The notes: generated by a model from the sequence alone, not told the origin. DNA of 63,451 bases, filler included, from Choristocarpus tenellus KU-1152 (GCA_964200185.2; 10 parts of 10 records of this genome joined end to end with filler, not necessarily neighbours in it); one strand, 5' to 3'. Positions 25,430 to 40,379 are shown, counted from the first letter of the whole stretch. Numbers and translations are program-made.

Positions 25430-27100
25430 ATCTTGTGCTGGACTTTTGTTTCAATGAAGCCTTTCCACCTTGTTCTTGGTCTGTCTTGTTTATAGTACAG
25501 TGATGAATAGGATATTACCAGTGTGCCATCTGTTGTGCTTTGCCTTGCAGACTTCTGATAATCAAGACCATATTTCTCTGAGAAGGTATCTATCTCTGAC
25601 GGGGTTTGAACCCTTGAAATCCATTGCATAGAACGGTCTCTGTAACTATTGAGGTGTGAGGATAAAAGGCCATGGTATTCTAGCTTGGCATATAATGGAT
25701 ATTTAGTGTACAAGATTGAACACTAAGTAAGTCTGTATCAATATGTACACGGTATGCTGACAAATTTGGACGGAATGATGAGTCTGTTTTTGGATGGTAT
25801 GGTATGGTTTCTCTCATATTTTCAACGATATTTGCAGCCTTTCCATGGTACAGTTCATTAGCAATTACTACTGAATTTTTTGGACGGTATTTTTGGAGTA
25901 GTATTTCTGGATCTCCATCCTAATATTGACTCCTCCAGCGGTGTTAATAGTTGATCAGCGTCATTACCAATAGACAAAGTCTTGTTCAGAGGTTGGAGTG
26001 GTGAATTGGATACAATTGGCCTCCCCAATAAATCTGTCGAATGGAACATATCCTGACAGATTAAATTCGCAGAACATTGCCCAACTTTAGTCCTTTGCTG
26101 GTGTTTGATGGTAAATGTTGCATCTTGTACTTTTTATTCTGGTGGATGGGTACAGCAATGCTGGAAAGAGAGATGGCCAGGGGGGAAATATTGATACTAT
26201 GATACTTGAGGCAGTACTGAATAAAAATGGTGCATACCTGCCAATTTTTCCAGATGTGAATAGACTTGTCCTATTCAAGGTCTTCAGTGCACTGAAGGGA
26301 AACATCTGCCTCCATCTTGATTCTGTCCTCACGCACCAGGCTAACCAATGCCTAGTCCACAACATGAGCATGCACCCAGCACCAGAACCACACTATGATG
26401 TCGTAACGATATTAGTCCAACTTCTGATCGCTTTACACTTAGCGATGAGAAGGGAAAGGTGGATGTTTATTTAAGCACTAATCATGCTTCCGTTGCCCTG
26501 GCAATGAATCATTGACGTGGGAATGCAGTTATGTACCTGAACTGTTCTGGGAGGGTGTCACTCATCCCTAACGACCAGGTCAGATTACCTGCCCTGTGTC
26601 CTTACATTACCGGGATGAAGTCTGTTTTGGGGAAATCACCCCTTGTGAAATGAGTTTAAGCGAGAGAAAAAAGCGGATACGTCTTAAGTACTATGGTTAG
26701 CAGTTGAGATATGCAGGGTAAGGCTCGCCTTGTGTGAGGTCACCAAGGTCTTGAAGTTCGAGGCCTGGTGGGGGGTTCTGCTTGGTTTGACCCTTCAAGA
26801 AGGGAACAAGCACTTGAAATGGGTTGTGGCCTTCAAGTTGGACTGTGTGACAATTGGCAAGGACATGGCATCGTGTTTGTTGATGAATTTATCAGTTGAG
26901 AATGTGTAAAGAATAAGGACAAGGTCTAGGTCATTGTAAAGGGTACAAATGCTCATCACATCTGACAAGATAGGTGCGGAGCATGTGCAACTGACTTTCG
27001 TGAATTTCGTTCCCTGTTAGCAATGATGCTGGTTGAGAGTGTGGACAAAACACAGATTATTTGGAAAAGGAAAGTGTATCGGGAGTACACGGATTGAAAC
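25430..27100 (-). mobile_element. Highly decayed non-LTR retrotransposon (RT) relic
   Basis: Weak, correctly ordered remnants: PYPCISQLL..K (YRPISLL-like), RWRQMFPFSAL (G.RQGCPLSP-like), terminal RPRTRW; many stops and frameshifts. Confidence 0.35.
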
Positions 27101-30100
27101 TTACCTTGGGCAGTACATTACTAATGACCGCTTGAGGGTTGTCTCCACATGACTACCAGTGTACACGGGGATAAGGGGGGCGGGAATGGAGGCAAGGGGA
27201 GTCAAGAAGGGTGGACAGAGGTGTAGAATCTTTCCCCCATCCGTAGAATTGCAGTCACTATGCTGTGTTTTATCTGTTGGACTATTGATTAGGTTAAATT
27301 GGCATGGAGGGGATTGGATGGCAGTGTGAGGAGTCTGGGATACAAGATTGTAAGGAAGCCAAAGAGGGTCATAGCAGATTTTGACAACATATCTTGTGCG
27401 CGGACATACATTTTGCATTCCATGAAGCTGGTCAAAGCTAAGTTGAGGGGCTGAGCCTGCACTTCTGCTTTGTCTCCTTCAACATATTCAAGCGCAGCCC
27501 TACAATACCACTAGGGATTCTGCATTTGCTTCTTCTGTGCAACTGGTTGTTGCATGCTGAGTTCAAAGTATACCATGTGCATCACAGGCTTTGTGAAATG
27601 GCAAATCTTTCCCCATTTTTCCAAGGATTATCTAACCAATGTGCTGGATAAAGAATGTGGTGACTGTATCTCAAGAAATAAGTTCAGTCCAGCTATGGAT
27701 GGGTGAAGGAAATAACATGGTGGTACTGATCTTTGCTCATCTCTAGGACAACACTACTCAACGGCGCTTTGAAGTGGAAGCGTCAACTCTTCGTGATCAC
27801 TTGTGATACTACAACTGCAGGGAAACCTTTGCAAAGATTCGGCGACTCAGGTACCCAAGGATGGTTTAACCCTATCCTATCACAAAGGGGTGGAGTGTCC
27901 AAGGGTGTTGGAACGACTTCCATAATTCTGTGTCCAAAACCATCACAGTGAGTCCTCACTTGCTCTAGTGGAGGCCTGGCAGACAAAGTGCTCATGGGAC
28001 TGGCTAGTTATCTGTCAGTGACCTTCGCCAGAACTAGGGTGTGTCTGCAGAAAAGAGTGGGAGCAGGCCGGTGTGAACCTGTAGTAATCCTCATGTCAGC
28101 TGAGTGAATGACTCAGATGTCAGGGCAATTTCCTTCTTCTGAACTCATCTTTCTTCTCATACCCCTGCTTGAACCAAATCTGAAGCAAAATCATTCATAA
28201 AATGGGCATCAAACTGGGGTATTTTACAACACCTCATTAAGCCCCGAATGGACAACCTGGGCTAAACTCTCCCCCTTTAAGATATTATAGCAAAAGGTTT
28301 GGAAATGTCCAGATACCCAAGAATAGACCAAGCACAGACCAAGCATAGACCCCTCTAAAATAGGATCTCTCTATTCGAGTGTCGGTTAAATGGTCATGAA
28401 ATGGGGAAGCTGCGTAGGGATTTCTGGGTTGCATAGAACAAGCACTATTTGAGTTGGCTGGGCAACCTGGGAGTGCACGAATGATGATTAATGAACAAAC
28501 TGTGACATCCACTTGATCATTGAGGCCTGAATAGGAGAGAATGCTTACAACTGAACTCCTGTCTTCGAAAATAGTGACAAGCAAGGGCATGGCAATAACT
28601 GAGAAAAGCAAAAGTAGAACAGCTTACACAGTCCACTTACTTGAAGCTGTGTCTGAACTATTGCTGCGTCTAACACAAAAGGTGCTGGCCAAGGGGTTAT
28701 GTGTATGTGAAACTAGGCTCAAGCAAGTTTTCTTGGACGAGGGAGAATGAACCTGGCAGCAGCAATTGGCAGATCCAACTCATTCTCTAGAATGCCTTAA
28801 AGGTGACTGGTAAACAGTTCAGCAAACTGTATGGGGGCTTGCATCCTCCAGGATCTATATAATGGAGGTTTGAGGTACGTATATTCCATCGATGGCAGCC
28901 CCCAAAATGATATTTGCTCAAGTAAATTCCCCCTCTCCATGTTTGCCCCTTCTTCATCCTTCCAGCTTAAGTGTAGAATTTCGCCATTTCGCCTGCCTGA
29001 TCTGCCCAAGGTACCAATTGGTAGCTTAAGCCGCAAATTTGGCAGTGAGACACTCACTGCCAATTTTAAATCGTGTTAAGGGATCCCAAATATATATTTT
29101 TGTCAACAGTGGCTGGGGAGGAAAACTCAAGTCTTGTCTCATACCACTTGAAGACGTTTTCCCGTGATAGAACATCTCATTGCGCCATTGACTATCATCT
29201 ACTCTTGCTCGAACACATAACTGACATCAGTCAGGTTGTTCGAAATAACTGCAGAGTCCAGTCCTTGTATCCATTAATTCAACCACAGCCCTCCATCATG
29301 ATCAAGACAAGGAGTGTGCCAACAGAACATCTTCACAACAGGTTGAAATTTTGTGCGCCTTTTGCTGAATTTTGGAGGATTGCTCCAACTTAGGCGTACA
29401 TATCAGCTTCTCGAAGCCTGCTGTTGGCTTCATTTCATTCAGTACCAACAAGAAACGGTACAGTGCACCAAGAGCGTAGATGTCTTGATATCCTGACAAA
29501 CGAATATAACACGATGAGGAATGCAATGCCACAAACCTGGCTAAAATAAGATGATGCAGCTACATGTAGATGTACTCTACACTTTCTTATTGTGAATACT
29601 AACCATTCTAGAACTTTTTTTTTGTGGTGACAAACTGCTGCTGTGACTGGACTGCTCCTGCAATCATCAGGAGTCGGTAGATTCGTTTTTTGGCTGGCAT
29701 TGGCAGCCTGTCATGCATTCACTTTCAGTCACTCAGATCCTAAAGACCGGAAAGATGAGAAACTAGCTGTATGCACACATATAATCAGGGCCATTCTTTT
29801 TTTTTCATACAGTACTTTTAGTTAAAATTTGGAAACGCGTGCTCCACATTTTCCTGTTCAGCAGGAGAGACCAAAACATGGTAGTCAAGTTTGGTCAAAT
29901 ATGGAGAGGCTGAAGACCTTTCCCATCACTATATTCAATGGGTCATTGTTAAAATCTCCTTCATTATTCAAAGTATGTAGGGGGGGTTACTCTTTGAAAT
30001 ACATCAACCCTCGCTTGTGCTACATACTGCTCGTGCTCCCTCTTATGGTCCACATATTACTCCAAGTATACCTTTCTGAACTTCAGCCTGTGTTATGAAT

Positions 30101-30995
30101 AAGGAGTTGATTGATTCTTGTGCAAAAGCATTTACTCTGACTGAGCTGTTAACAGCAGATTCTCAAAATTGAGGATGGAGCGGGACTATGAGGATGGTTG
30201 TTTTGCGAAAATCGNNNNNNNNNNNNNNNNNNNNNNNNNNNNNNNNNNNNNNNNNNNNTTAATTAATTAANNNNNNNNNNNNNNNNNNNNNNNNNNNNNN
30301 NNNNNNNNNNNNNNACAACAAAAAAAGTGAAAATCGAGAAAAAGGTGAAAAACGGACGCCGACATCCCCCCCCCCCAGATACTTTGACCCTCCATCCACC
30401 CTGCCCTCTCTTCATAGCCATGTAAAAAAATTGCACAAACACTCCAAGTACATCTGAACAAAACCACCATCCAGATCTGTATTAACATTAACATGCTAAC
30501 CCGTAGCTATCCACCTAACCCTAAAGATATAATGTGTTGGATAACCGAGACTACAGCCTTTGAAAGGAAGGGCTACGTTAAGGCAATGATGAGGCACCAC
30601 CATGCAGGGTTTATGCAGCAACCTAAAGGGCACCACACGCCTACCTTGGTGTGTAGCCCCCGGTGTTTGATCCTAGGCTTTATGGCACGATTGAGTATCT
30701 GCTCTAACCCTTACATTATTTGTCAAAACATATCTCAGTAGCATTTATAGTAGTGAAAACCACCATCCTCTGAAACACAGTCAATAAAGGCATGTAGTAA
30801 AACTGTAATGGCTACGTGTTTTGGTAAGAGCTTCTTTTTTTCCAATGGTATGCTACAAAGTCTAGCAATAGATTAACAGAGCAGAATGGTCTTCGCCCAT
30901 CACCACACTCCTCTGAAACTAGCCCGCATAAACCTAATGTATCCTGTACCCACATACACACATACACACATACCCCACCCACAACAATGCCATGC

Positions 30996-33900
30996 CTGAA
31001 TTTCTGCCTTATCAAGTCGCTGAACAGCCTCCCGTACCCCTTCCTCCACCCCAGCAACCAAAAGTTCCAATTCCTTTGTCTCCGCCTCGAGCTCTGCTTC
31101 ACGCTTGGCGCTCTCCAGGTACCTTGTCATGATCCATAAATACAATAAAGTGAAGGGGAGGGGGGGGGATATAAAGACAGTTAGAGAGTGAGGGGGTAGG
31201 AGGCCCTGTATGAGACTAATCCATTCCGGAGCACATCTTTTTGAACAAGAACAAACCTTCCATAGGCCTAGGCTAAAACGGAAGAGGGATCTGCGCCCAC
31301 TGCTTTCTAGAATCATCGTATCCTTGTATCATTGTATCATTGTATCCATAGTTTTGCTAGATTTATAAACCACACCCTGCACACGCACCAATTTATATAT
31401 ATTATTAGTATTACTAGTATTATTATTAGTAGTATTATTACCATCGTCGTTGTCGTCATCGTCATATCAGGAGAGAGGGGACCAGTAGTGAGTTGTTACA
31501 TGTACTGGTTCAAGAGAAGAGTAACTCATCGGTTCATCTTTGGAGTACTAGGAGGTAAGGAGTTTGATGAGCAGGGGAAGGCCCAGAGAATGGAATAGAG
31601 GCAGTGAAAACACTTATTTCAAAAAGATGCGAAGGGAGGGGAAACAGATTGGACTAAATACGCCACAGATCACCTCCCATGCCCCTACCCTCCACCCTTT
31701 GCCAGTCACTCTTCTCCTCTCAGAGACAGGACTCACTTTCCCATAGAGGATGTTTCCTGCTCTTGTGCTCGTGCCAGGGCATGCACTTGATCAGACTTAA
31801 TACCCTCCATACACCGTTGTGCCTCTTCCTGAGAAGATTTGCGTTCTTGTGCAGCCTCAGCCTCAAGCCGCTTCACAACCATCTCGAGCTCCTCAGCACA
31901 CTGCAGTGGTAGAAGCAATGAAGCAATGAAGTTTTACCACGAATTAGCACTCTTGCACCCAATCCATTGCACAAATACATACATATATATGGAGTATATT
32001 TTGTTTCTCAAAAGTCCAAAAACAAAAGTATCGCCCTCATAGGAGCTAATGCTTACTGCCACTGTATGCCTAACCAACACACAACGCTTCTGGAGATTCG
32101 GAATGAGAAAAGAGGTCCCCAATAATGAATAGATTCACTATTTCAATATACATGTTCATTCGAAGTCAGACACTCTAGTCTTGATGATACCTTAAGGGGG
32201 CTCTATTGTGGAAAGTGACACAACTGTGACAGAGGAAAAACCTACCGAGGTGCAACCTGTATGCTTGTATGTAGCCTGTATGCTTTGTGAGGAATTTTCA
32301 AATCCCATGCTTGCTGCAAGCTCTGGTACTGTGAGAAACCCCTCCTGTATTGTTTGAGCAGATCCATACGTGCCCCAGTGATCTCTTGCTCTTCTTCCAC
32401 CTCAATACAAGACAATGCAAATAAGCTCACCTTTGTACGGAAGTCCCTCCTTCTCTGTTCTTCTCGCTCCCTGCCCTCCTTCCGGGCCCTAGCCATCACC
32501 TGGTGCTTCCATCTCTCTGTCTCAAGAGCCAGGCGGCGACGAGTGTCCTCCTCTTCACGCCGATGTCTCTCCTCCACCTAGAAGGCGGTAGGTATATGAT
32601 GAGGAAGAAAAAAAAAATGACTGAGGATGAGAATACTTTCGTGTATGGGTTTGTGCTATCTATCTGATTGCTGTGTGAGGAGTGAGGCAGTGCATCCATT
32701 CATGAGTTGTTTGCTTTCATCCTGCTATTGTCGACGTGCACACAGGTTTTCAACAGATTAATTGACATATTCATGTTTGCGCTTCAACTCTTTATGGATT
32801 GATGAGGGGCGTGACAGTTGGGGGGGGGGGAGGGGAAGAGATGAGGAAATGCAGTACAGTTGAGGCAACAGTCATTGGCAGCCTGTTCATTGGTGCATTG
32901 ATCATCTGGAAAGAAGTGGTGTGCAGCATTGGAATATAACAATTATATAAACTTCCCAGTTGATGGTACCTACAACTTACACCCTTTGGCATAACCTCTA
33001 CCAGTGCATTGAAAGCATCAAGTAGTCGTTTGCCATGGCCAGTCTTGTGCAATATAGGCTGATAGTCTATATGGTTTATAGGTATTTAGTGAACACTACT
33101 AGACAATAGGAGTGTTGGCTAAGTGGAACAAATGTCATTGACCTGGGTTTGAGTGCGTAAAGTAGTGAGTTCGAATCTCAGATGATCGATTACTTGTTAC
33201 TTGTTATAAATGGACTGATGGAGGAGTTCTGACATAGTACTAGCTACACAGGATTAGTGACATAGTATGATGTAAAGGCAGGACATGTTTTGATGTGTCA
33301 GCTGATGTGTCAGCTGATATATGTAATAAACAATAAGGTAATATGAGAGAGCACCCCCCACCACCGAGGGCAGTGCTCACTCCGCTAATAAACACATCCG
33401 TACCACACAAAGCAAAATACTCTACTTGAGTAGCTCTCTTTTGCATAAGTCTCCACCAGTACTCCGTGCCACAATCATCAATTCTGCATCCATATGACTG
33501 CACCTCCATGTCAACTGGAGATGGGCAATAAGGCTCTTGTGTTTCTATTCAAAGTGTGACATCTCCTCTCGACCATCACCTTAGTCTTCACATATTACAG
33601 CATTAAGAACATTAGCACTCAATTCAATGTTTCCACAGTGGTGGTCTTCCACATGAAAAAAAATCTACCCTGCTTAGGCCAACGTTAACCTCTTGTATTA
33701 GACCTACTTCGAACTATTCTGAAGTCTTACTTTTTGACATGAATCATGCCAGCAAGTATCAATAGCACTTTTCACGCACCATCAATTTGAGACCCCATTC
33801 TATCTCCTCAAGACCAAAATCTTGGACACAAGTCCTGTTTGTAACTTAGGCATTGCTCCAGCACCATGCGGGCACGTTCACATTGCCAGCGGCCTACTGG

Positions 33901-35676
33901 TATATATTCTGGTGCTGACTTGCTTTGTGCAAACCTAACCGAGCCTGTGTCATCCGCATTGCATCTCAAGATTGGAACCACTCCCCACTCCAGAGTACAG
34001 ACCATTGAAGTATGAAAGATACATTAAGTAGCAAAGTCAAGATGTGGGGGATACCTCTCGAAGCTCTCGTCCATGTTCTGCTGCAGTGAGTGCTGCCCTG
34101 CTAGCTTCTGCTTCTCTTGCCTGAGTCAACTCCTTTGCCCCAACATCTCGCAAACGCATCCGTCCCGCCTCAAACTGCACCCGTTCACCCTCTAGCTCTC
34201 GCCGTAAGCCCTCACGAGTCTAGTACCCGGGAATTGAAGAGAGTGAAGAGGTGTATGGGAATGAGATCAAAGGTTACTTCATTGAGGCTTGGTGGGAGTA
34301 GAGGTGGGGGGGCGAGCCATAACAAGATAAGGGGGTAGAAGGTGTTGCAGGGTATATGCATCCCATTCATTGGTTCAATGTCCATTGCATCATACAGACA
34401 GTTCTATTGAGGTAAACGTTCATTCTTGTGGAATTGCCGTTACTCCTTTGGTCTTACAAGTCTTGTTCACAGTAATGAAGTGACCTATCAACATCTGCAA
34501 TCGAGATCCACCAAAATCCATCAAGTCGGAGAGGGATTTTGTCTTCAAGGATACATACTATGGGGGTTTACATATTCAGTGAGACAACTATCAAAGGAGC
34601 AACACAGTGCTACACAGGAACAATGGTGCTGTTGTCTCTTCCGAGAAATGGAAAATAACCCTCCTAATAGAAATGCCATCTTCACAAACAAGCACTAACC
34701 GACTGGTGTTGAGCAATGTTGGCAAATACGTCGACTGCAGCTGAATTATTATTTTTCAGCTAGGTGTGTGAGTACCAAAGCAAGGTAATTTGAGCAGATC
34801 ATACTCTGGGTCATCAGCCACAGTAGGCCACCAAGACCAGTTTGCAAATAAGTACCTGCCTGTTTTTGCTTTTGTGCTTACCATATGCTTTTTACTTCAA
34901 AGTAGATATACTATGTCACCATAGTACGAGTACATATGTGTAACATGTACTAGACCATTATTAATTGTCCCATTCGAGAGGTACAACGTAGGAGCCTGAA
35001 CCTTTGTATTACGTCATATTACGTTTCACTCTTACTCCTGATAACTATGGAGATGCACTGTACTGATGTGTGTTAAGTCGGACGGAGAAAATTGACTGAT
35101 ACTCTATTGCTATGTTCACTGACACTCTCAAATTAGTCCTATCAGCTGCAGGAGATCATTTAGGAAGGTCACCGGAAGGTCACCAGAAGGTCAGCCCTGG
35201 ACATAGCGACAGATCCTGATGAGAGCACACACCACCATTTTTCTAGAGAGAGCACACTCTCTAGTTGCTAGGTAGCCTTTATCTGAATGTTTTGCTCCTG
35301 TGTGCTCCCAATCCCTTCCTAGTTCCCCCCTTTTTCAACCTTTGCTCCAAGCATCACATAGCTCTGTGATAACACCACCCAGTTTCCAATCTTCAACACA
35401 CTGTAGTCGCCACATACTATGTAGCTCCATATAGGCACTGTATGTGATCTACCACCAACACAGATAGATACCATCACGGCAAAACACTGAGCCTTGGTAC
35501 AACACAGAAAAAAAACAGAACAGGAAGCTACAATAATCATGGAAGGTGGGTCTCACCTCCTGTATTTCTGTCTCGTGCTCCCTGGCAAGTAGGCGCAGCT
35601 GATGTGCTGTGTCTAGCCTCTCCTCCTGCAGTTCTGCTTCCAGGTGGACCTCATACTTGCGACACTCAGACCACAC
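30996..35676 (-). CDS. Long coiled-coil protein of unknown function (partial, 5 exons)
   Basis: Exons 35557-35676, 34055-34219, 32431-32577, 31737-31900 and ~30996-31122 have AG acceptors and consistent phases, and encode E/R/K/A-rich heptad-like sequence (e.g. VEERHRREEEDTRRRLALETERWKHQ). The last donor is uncertain. Confidence 0.8.
33109..33188 (+). pseudogene. tRNA-derived relic (SINE head or tRNA pseudogene)
   Basis: A-box-like TGGCTAAGTGG, T-arm/B-box TGAG-TTCGAAT-CTCA, long variable region; acceptor and anticodon stems do not pair. Confidence 0.5.
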
Positions 35677-36527
35677 CTTTAATGGGTGATCTGTAGTGAG
35701 TTGAAGTGGGACTTTCTACAAGGATGAGAGAGAGCGTATGTGCAATCGCTCACTGACGATGGTTTAACTATTTTGTTACACAGCTATACCCGACTAAAGA
35801 GCTAAAGCACAACATTAGATGGATACCTGCAAGACCCCTTCCTAAGAAGATTTATCTCATCCCCATGACCTCCCTGGTCTCGGGGCTAGGTCTCTCTCAG
35901 TCCCATAGCACCTAAATGCATCCACCAAAACAACCTAGGTAACTGATAAGCATATTTATGTTCTCATAGCACATGCCATGAAGGGTTTGACAACATTGTA
36001 AAGTTACTATACATAACACTCAGAAGAGATACACCAACTACTAAGAAACGCTTACAGCTAACAGTGCTAAATACTCCCTCTGATTCTCTGGAACAAACAA
36101 CCTCTCTGAAATTAGCAGGATAGTATGCCACACATCCTGGGTCAATAAAGGCCTAGGAAGATAAAAACACCTTCAGAGATATTTCCTCTGAGCTCTGTTT
36201 TTAATTTGGTGGAAAATGATTCTGTACACCTCAAGAACTAACTCATCCCCCACACACCCCAGGAAGGTCTTCGTTGGACATCACCAAAGTCCTTGCGCAG
36301 TCAAGAGTAGTCTCCACCTATTTCTACTGTGAGGGGGAATGTCCTTGACCCAAAGTATCTGGGGGGGGGGGGGGGGGGCCTCCCCCGGGGGTTCCTTTTG
36401 GACCATAACCAGAAAAAGAACTTGCGTNNNNNNNNNNNNNNNNNNNNNNNNNNNNNNNNNNNNNNNNNNNNTTAATTAATTAANNNNNNNNNNNNNNNNN
36501 NNNNNNNNNNNNNNNNNNNNNNNNNNN

Positions 36528-36604
36528 CATAAAAAACCCATGGGAAGTCAAGCCCCAAATGGACAAACAGGGCAAAACTCGTACCCTCTAAGATACTTTC
36601 ACTC
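36528..36604 (+). mobile_element. MITE family B, right end (truncated by contig start)
   Basis: AAGCCCCAAATGGACAAACAGGGCAAAACTCGTACCCTCTAAGATACTTTCACTC. Confidence 0.85.
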
Positions 36605-36887
36605 GAGTAGCAGATTGAAAACATCAAAACCTCCCAAACATCTGACAAAGAACTTGTTTTGGGCACATTTTGAACTCGTGCCACCGATATGGAAACAATC
36701 CTTCATGCAACATGAAGCAGTGGATTTAAAAAATGGAAAGTGTGATATTCTCCTAAACATATTTACTCCTATTGTATTGATAATGAGCATTGGGGCCAGA
36801 AAAATGAGGAAGCTCACGCGCCCTAATCAGTTCCTATGTCCATATGAGAAGACTGGAATACCAACGGAATGCAAATCATGTTCTCAC

Positions 36888-37445
36888 CTGATGTTTCATT
36901 CAACTCTGGAAAGACAACTGATTTGCTAAGTGATACATCTTGGATGAGGACACTGACCAATCGAGCTGCAGCTAAGCGTATGCCACAGTCCCTACTACCC
37001 AGGCATTCCACAATTGATCTTGATCTGTGCCCAATGATCAAATGGTCCTGGTTAGCCAAGCAACCAAAACTGCATCTAAGGTGTGCTTCAAAATATGCGA
37101 ATGAAAGGCTGAGGGTGGGCTGGTTCTGTGACAATATTTATTCCTTTGTATCATAGAAGCAAGTTCAAAGTGAGGACTTGTCTTTCACATGTGCACACTA
37201 AGCTGGCTTATTTGCACACCCAACGATTGTCCCCTCACTTTGATCCATGTGCTAGCTCCAGCACTGCCCTCAGCTCTGGCCTTGCAGCCAACTCGAGCAA
37301 CAGCTTAAGGCAAGCATGTCGTACTTGCAAACTAGGCCTTTCAAGGAAATTGGTGACTGCTGGTATAACACCAACCGAGAGATATGTGCTGATGGCTTGC
37401 TCTCTGAAGGTTGACAAGATCTGGGTGATGGGTCCCACACGATAT
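36888..37445 (-). CDS. ARM/HEAT-repeat-like protein exons (partial; possibly a pseudogene)
   Basis: Two exon-like segments: ..GVIPAVTNFLERPSLQVRHACLKLLLELAARPELRAVLE.. and ..IVECLGSRDCGIRLAAARLVSVLIQD.., each ending at a GT donor. Upstream candidate segments (37560-38760) contain stops. Confidence 0.5.
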
Positions 37446-39069
37446 TGATGATGTTCCATGGATGGTATGGAAGGGGAGAATAGGACTATGAACAGTGAGG
37501 GGGATATGTTTCCGAATTCACTCAAGAGCAATCATTGCAATACTGATTCGTACTATGACAGGTGCGTAGCAGTCCTCCCTCCGTGTCCTAAGGTAACAAA
37601 AAATTGTTCTTGTGGGTAAGATGGTGTCAATTCCTGACCTACAAAGTTGATCCCTGGGTATCTAACAGTTTCATCAACAGCTGCCACAAAAATACTGCTT
37701 AGATATTTTCCCACACAGTAATATGAACGGAATATCTGCATGATGGAAGATGTCTCATCTCAGTTCTGGAATCCCTAACCTTCTTGTAGACAAAGGACTT
37801 TCTCACGACCTGCTTGTTAACTTCCAACAAAAAAAATAATATATGTATTCCAGCATTTTGGGGCAAGCGCCAAAATGAAGAAAAATTCTATTGCAGACAA
37901 TTCATCGTTTGGTGGGGTGTGGTTTCTAGTTCTGAAACAAGTGTCTTGGCATGCAGTCATCTCCATGCGATTTTCCTTTACCCTTGAGGGGCCTGGGAAG
38001 AAAAATTTGGACGATATGCTGCAGATATTCACAGAACCTTAAGGATTCTTCAATAGTAGGGAAACAAAGATCTGAAGGAATATTCCCATGTCTTCCAGGA
38101 CTTGTTGCGTGTCTGAAGAGAAGATAGGGGTGTTGGACAGACTGGAGGAGTTGCAGCATCTTTCAACTTGACAAAAGATCTTCCCCCAAAGCGGGGGTGT
38201 TCCAGAAGTGTTCCACACCTTCGATACAGTGAGTAGAGTGAGGTGTAAAATGCAGTCCCCAGGTCCGCAGAGCAGCAGACGACAACATTGGCTGAGTATG
38301 GCTCCCTCTTGAGTGAATGCTTTGGTTACACCTTAAATTTTTTGTTCAATACAGAGGAATGGGAAGAATATCGATTATTGGCAGGTTGGCACTACATTAT
38401 TGCATCTAGCTAGCGTTGTATGATAAAATAGGGCTTTGAAATACATGGTACTAGTGCATAGTTCTAGGAGATAAGCTATCCGGTACAGTCAGCTGGTGCA
38501 CATCCATATATGTGGTCAAACAATAAATGGGGACCAACTTGAGAGGTTCCATTTCTTGGATATATAGTTTATATCAGTGCACGCTGTAATTGTTTCTCTG
38601 GCTGGATACTTTGATCCAATATTGAGACTCAGATATTGCGAGATTGTTAGTATGAAAGAAGAAAAAAGCCTTTGCACCTGCATATTTCTTTCCAAAACAT
38701 CAGTACAGTCCATCTCGATTTCCTCATCTCAAGCAACTCATCCCAAACCTAGTGGAAAAAATGGACAACACAACCACCTGGACGGCGTTGAATCATGAAG
38801 ACTTAGGAAAGACTTAGGAAACCTCCAAAATTCATGAGGTATTGCTAAGGATCTGTAACAATCATTCCATCACTTTGTGCTTGTATTGGAGTAGATATGG
38901 GGCTCTAGTTCTCAAGTAGGTACGAGCGTTTCAGATAGTTTAGATAAAATACTAGCACAATATGTAGAAGAAAAATTATGCTTCACCTCCTGATATTCAA
39001 TCTCCCAATTAATAGACACACACTATATCATGACTTTGAGCTCATTCTTGTGCAATATGTTGAGCTCAG

Positions 39070-39307
39070 GAGTCAAAGTATCTTGGAGGTAGAGCCGTGT
39101 CCTTTTGGGGGGTCAAGATCCAATGTTGCAATTTTGATGTAATTTTTGCTATCATGTTTGTTAGGAGATGTCAATATCCTTATTCTGGACACACCTTCTC
39201 ATAACGTATACATTTTACTTACTCCGAAACATTTTTGAGTAGGTGGGAAGCCAAGCCCCAAATAGACAAAAAGTGCAAAATTCGTACCCTCTAAGGTACT
39301 TTCACTC
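39070..39307 (+). mobile_element. MITE family B, near-full copy
   Basis: Both TIRs; perfect TSD TCAG. Confidence 0.9.
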
Positions 39308-39734
39308 TCAGGCTAAATTCCCAACCAAGGCCCCTACCCCAGGTCCACTCTTGGGTATAAGGCACAATGAAGTAGTGCAATATCAGAGGAGTGACTCATT
39401 TCTCATGCTGCTGCTAATAAAACATTCTACTCAGCCATTTTTGGTGATCCCCGTTGTATGCATGGATGCTGTTTGTGACTGAGCGTTTGAGATTTCTAAG
39501 GTTGTGAATAAAGCCTATACTATAGCACATATCACTTTATTCTATGACAATGGCTGAATGCAGATACACGGTAATTCAACATGGATCGTGTGATTATCCA
39601 TATTCTGGAGTGAGTCGTATAGTCATTTGAAAGAGATACTATCATATTGATTGTAGGAATATATGTGACACAAGTTTGAACAGGCCCTGTAGAAAGCACT
39701 GGTGCATATTGTAGCCTAAGGAAGCAAATCTCTG

Positions 39735-39736
<2 letters not shown>

Positions 39737-39787
<51 letters not shown>
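39737..39787. repeat. (TA)n microsatellite (another at 19339-19364)
   Basis: Direct reading. Confidence 0.95.
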
Positions 39788-39841
39788 GAGTTGTTTTTAC
39801 CCTATCAAATTGTTCCCCAAGTAGGACTTTCACAAGCTAAT

Positions 39842-40100
39842 GAGCCAAAGTATCTTAGAGGGTAGAACCGCGTCCATTTGGAGGTCAAAATCCAATGTTA
39901 CGATTTTGATGTAATTTTGCCCATCATGTTTGTTAGGAAGGGTCAATATCCATGATCTGGACACACCTTTTCATAACACATTTATTTTACCTACTTCTGA
40001 AAATTTCGGAGTAGGAAAATGCCATAAAAAAGCCCATGAGAAGCCAAGTCCCAAATAGACAAACAGGGCAAAACTCATACCCTCTAAGATACATTCACTC
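39842..40100 (+). mobile_element. MITE family B, full copy
   Basis: Both TIRs; perfect TSD TAAT. Confidence 0.92.
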
Positions 40101-40379
40101 TAATGTTAGACATATATTCCTGAGGATGGTTTGCCTTTATCAGATTTATATTTTCCAAACCCCATTAGTGGTCTCTGCAACAGAATGGCTCATGGGGGAA
40201 TGTCGCCCTGGTCATAAGATCTTCCGCAAGATTGAGATCAATACCTTGGTTTGACTTAGGGAATAGTACTGCTAGAGACCATATCAATGCACCTTGAGGC
40301 GCTCACTACATAGGCAGAATATCTCCACATGTTTGTCCTCTGACTCAAATAATTTAAGAGGCTATCAGTATTGCACTAT

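Noticed and set aside
28800-29530. Possible hAT transposase relic (AHSLSL-like motif)
   Set aside because: Single weak motif among many stops; insufficient support.
35214-35265. Hammerhead ribozyme core (CTGATGAG); also CTGATGA at 18367
   Set aside because: No GAAA after a stem II and no closing stems.
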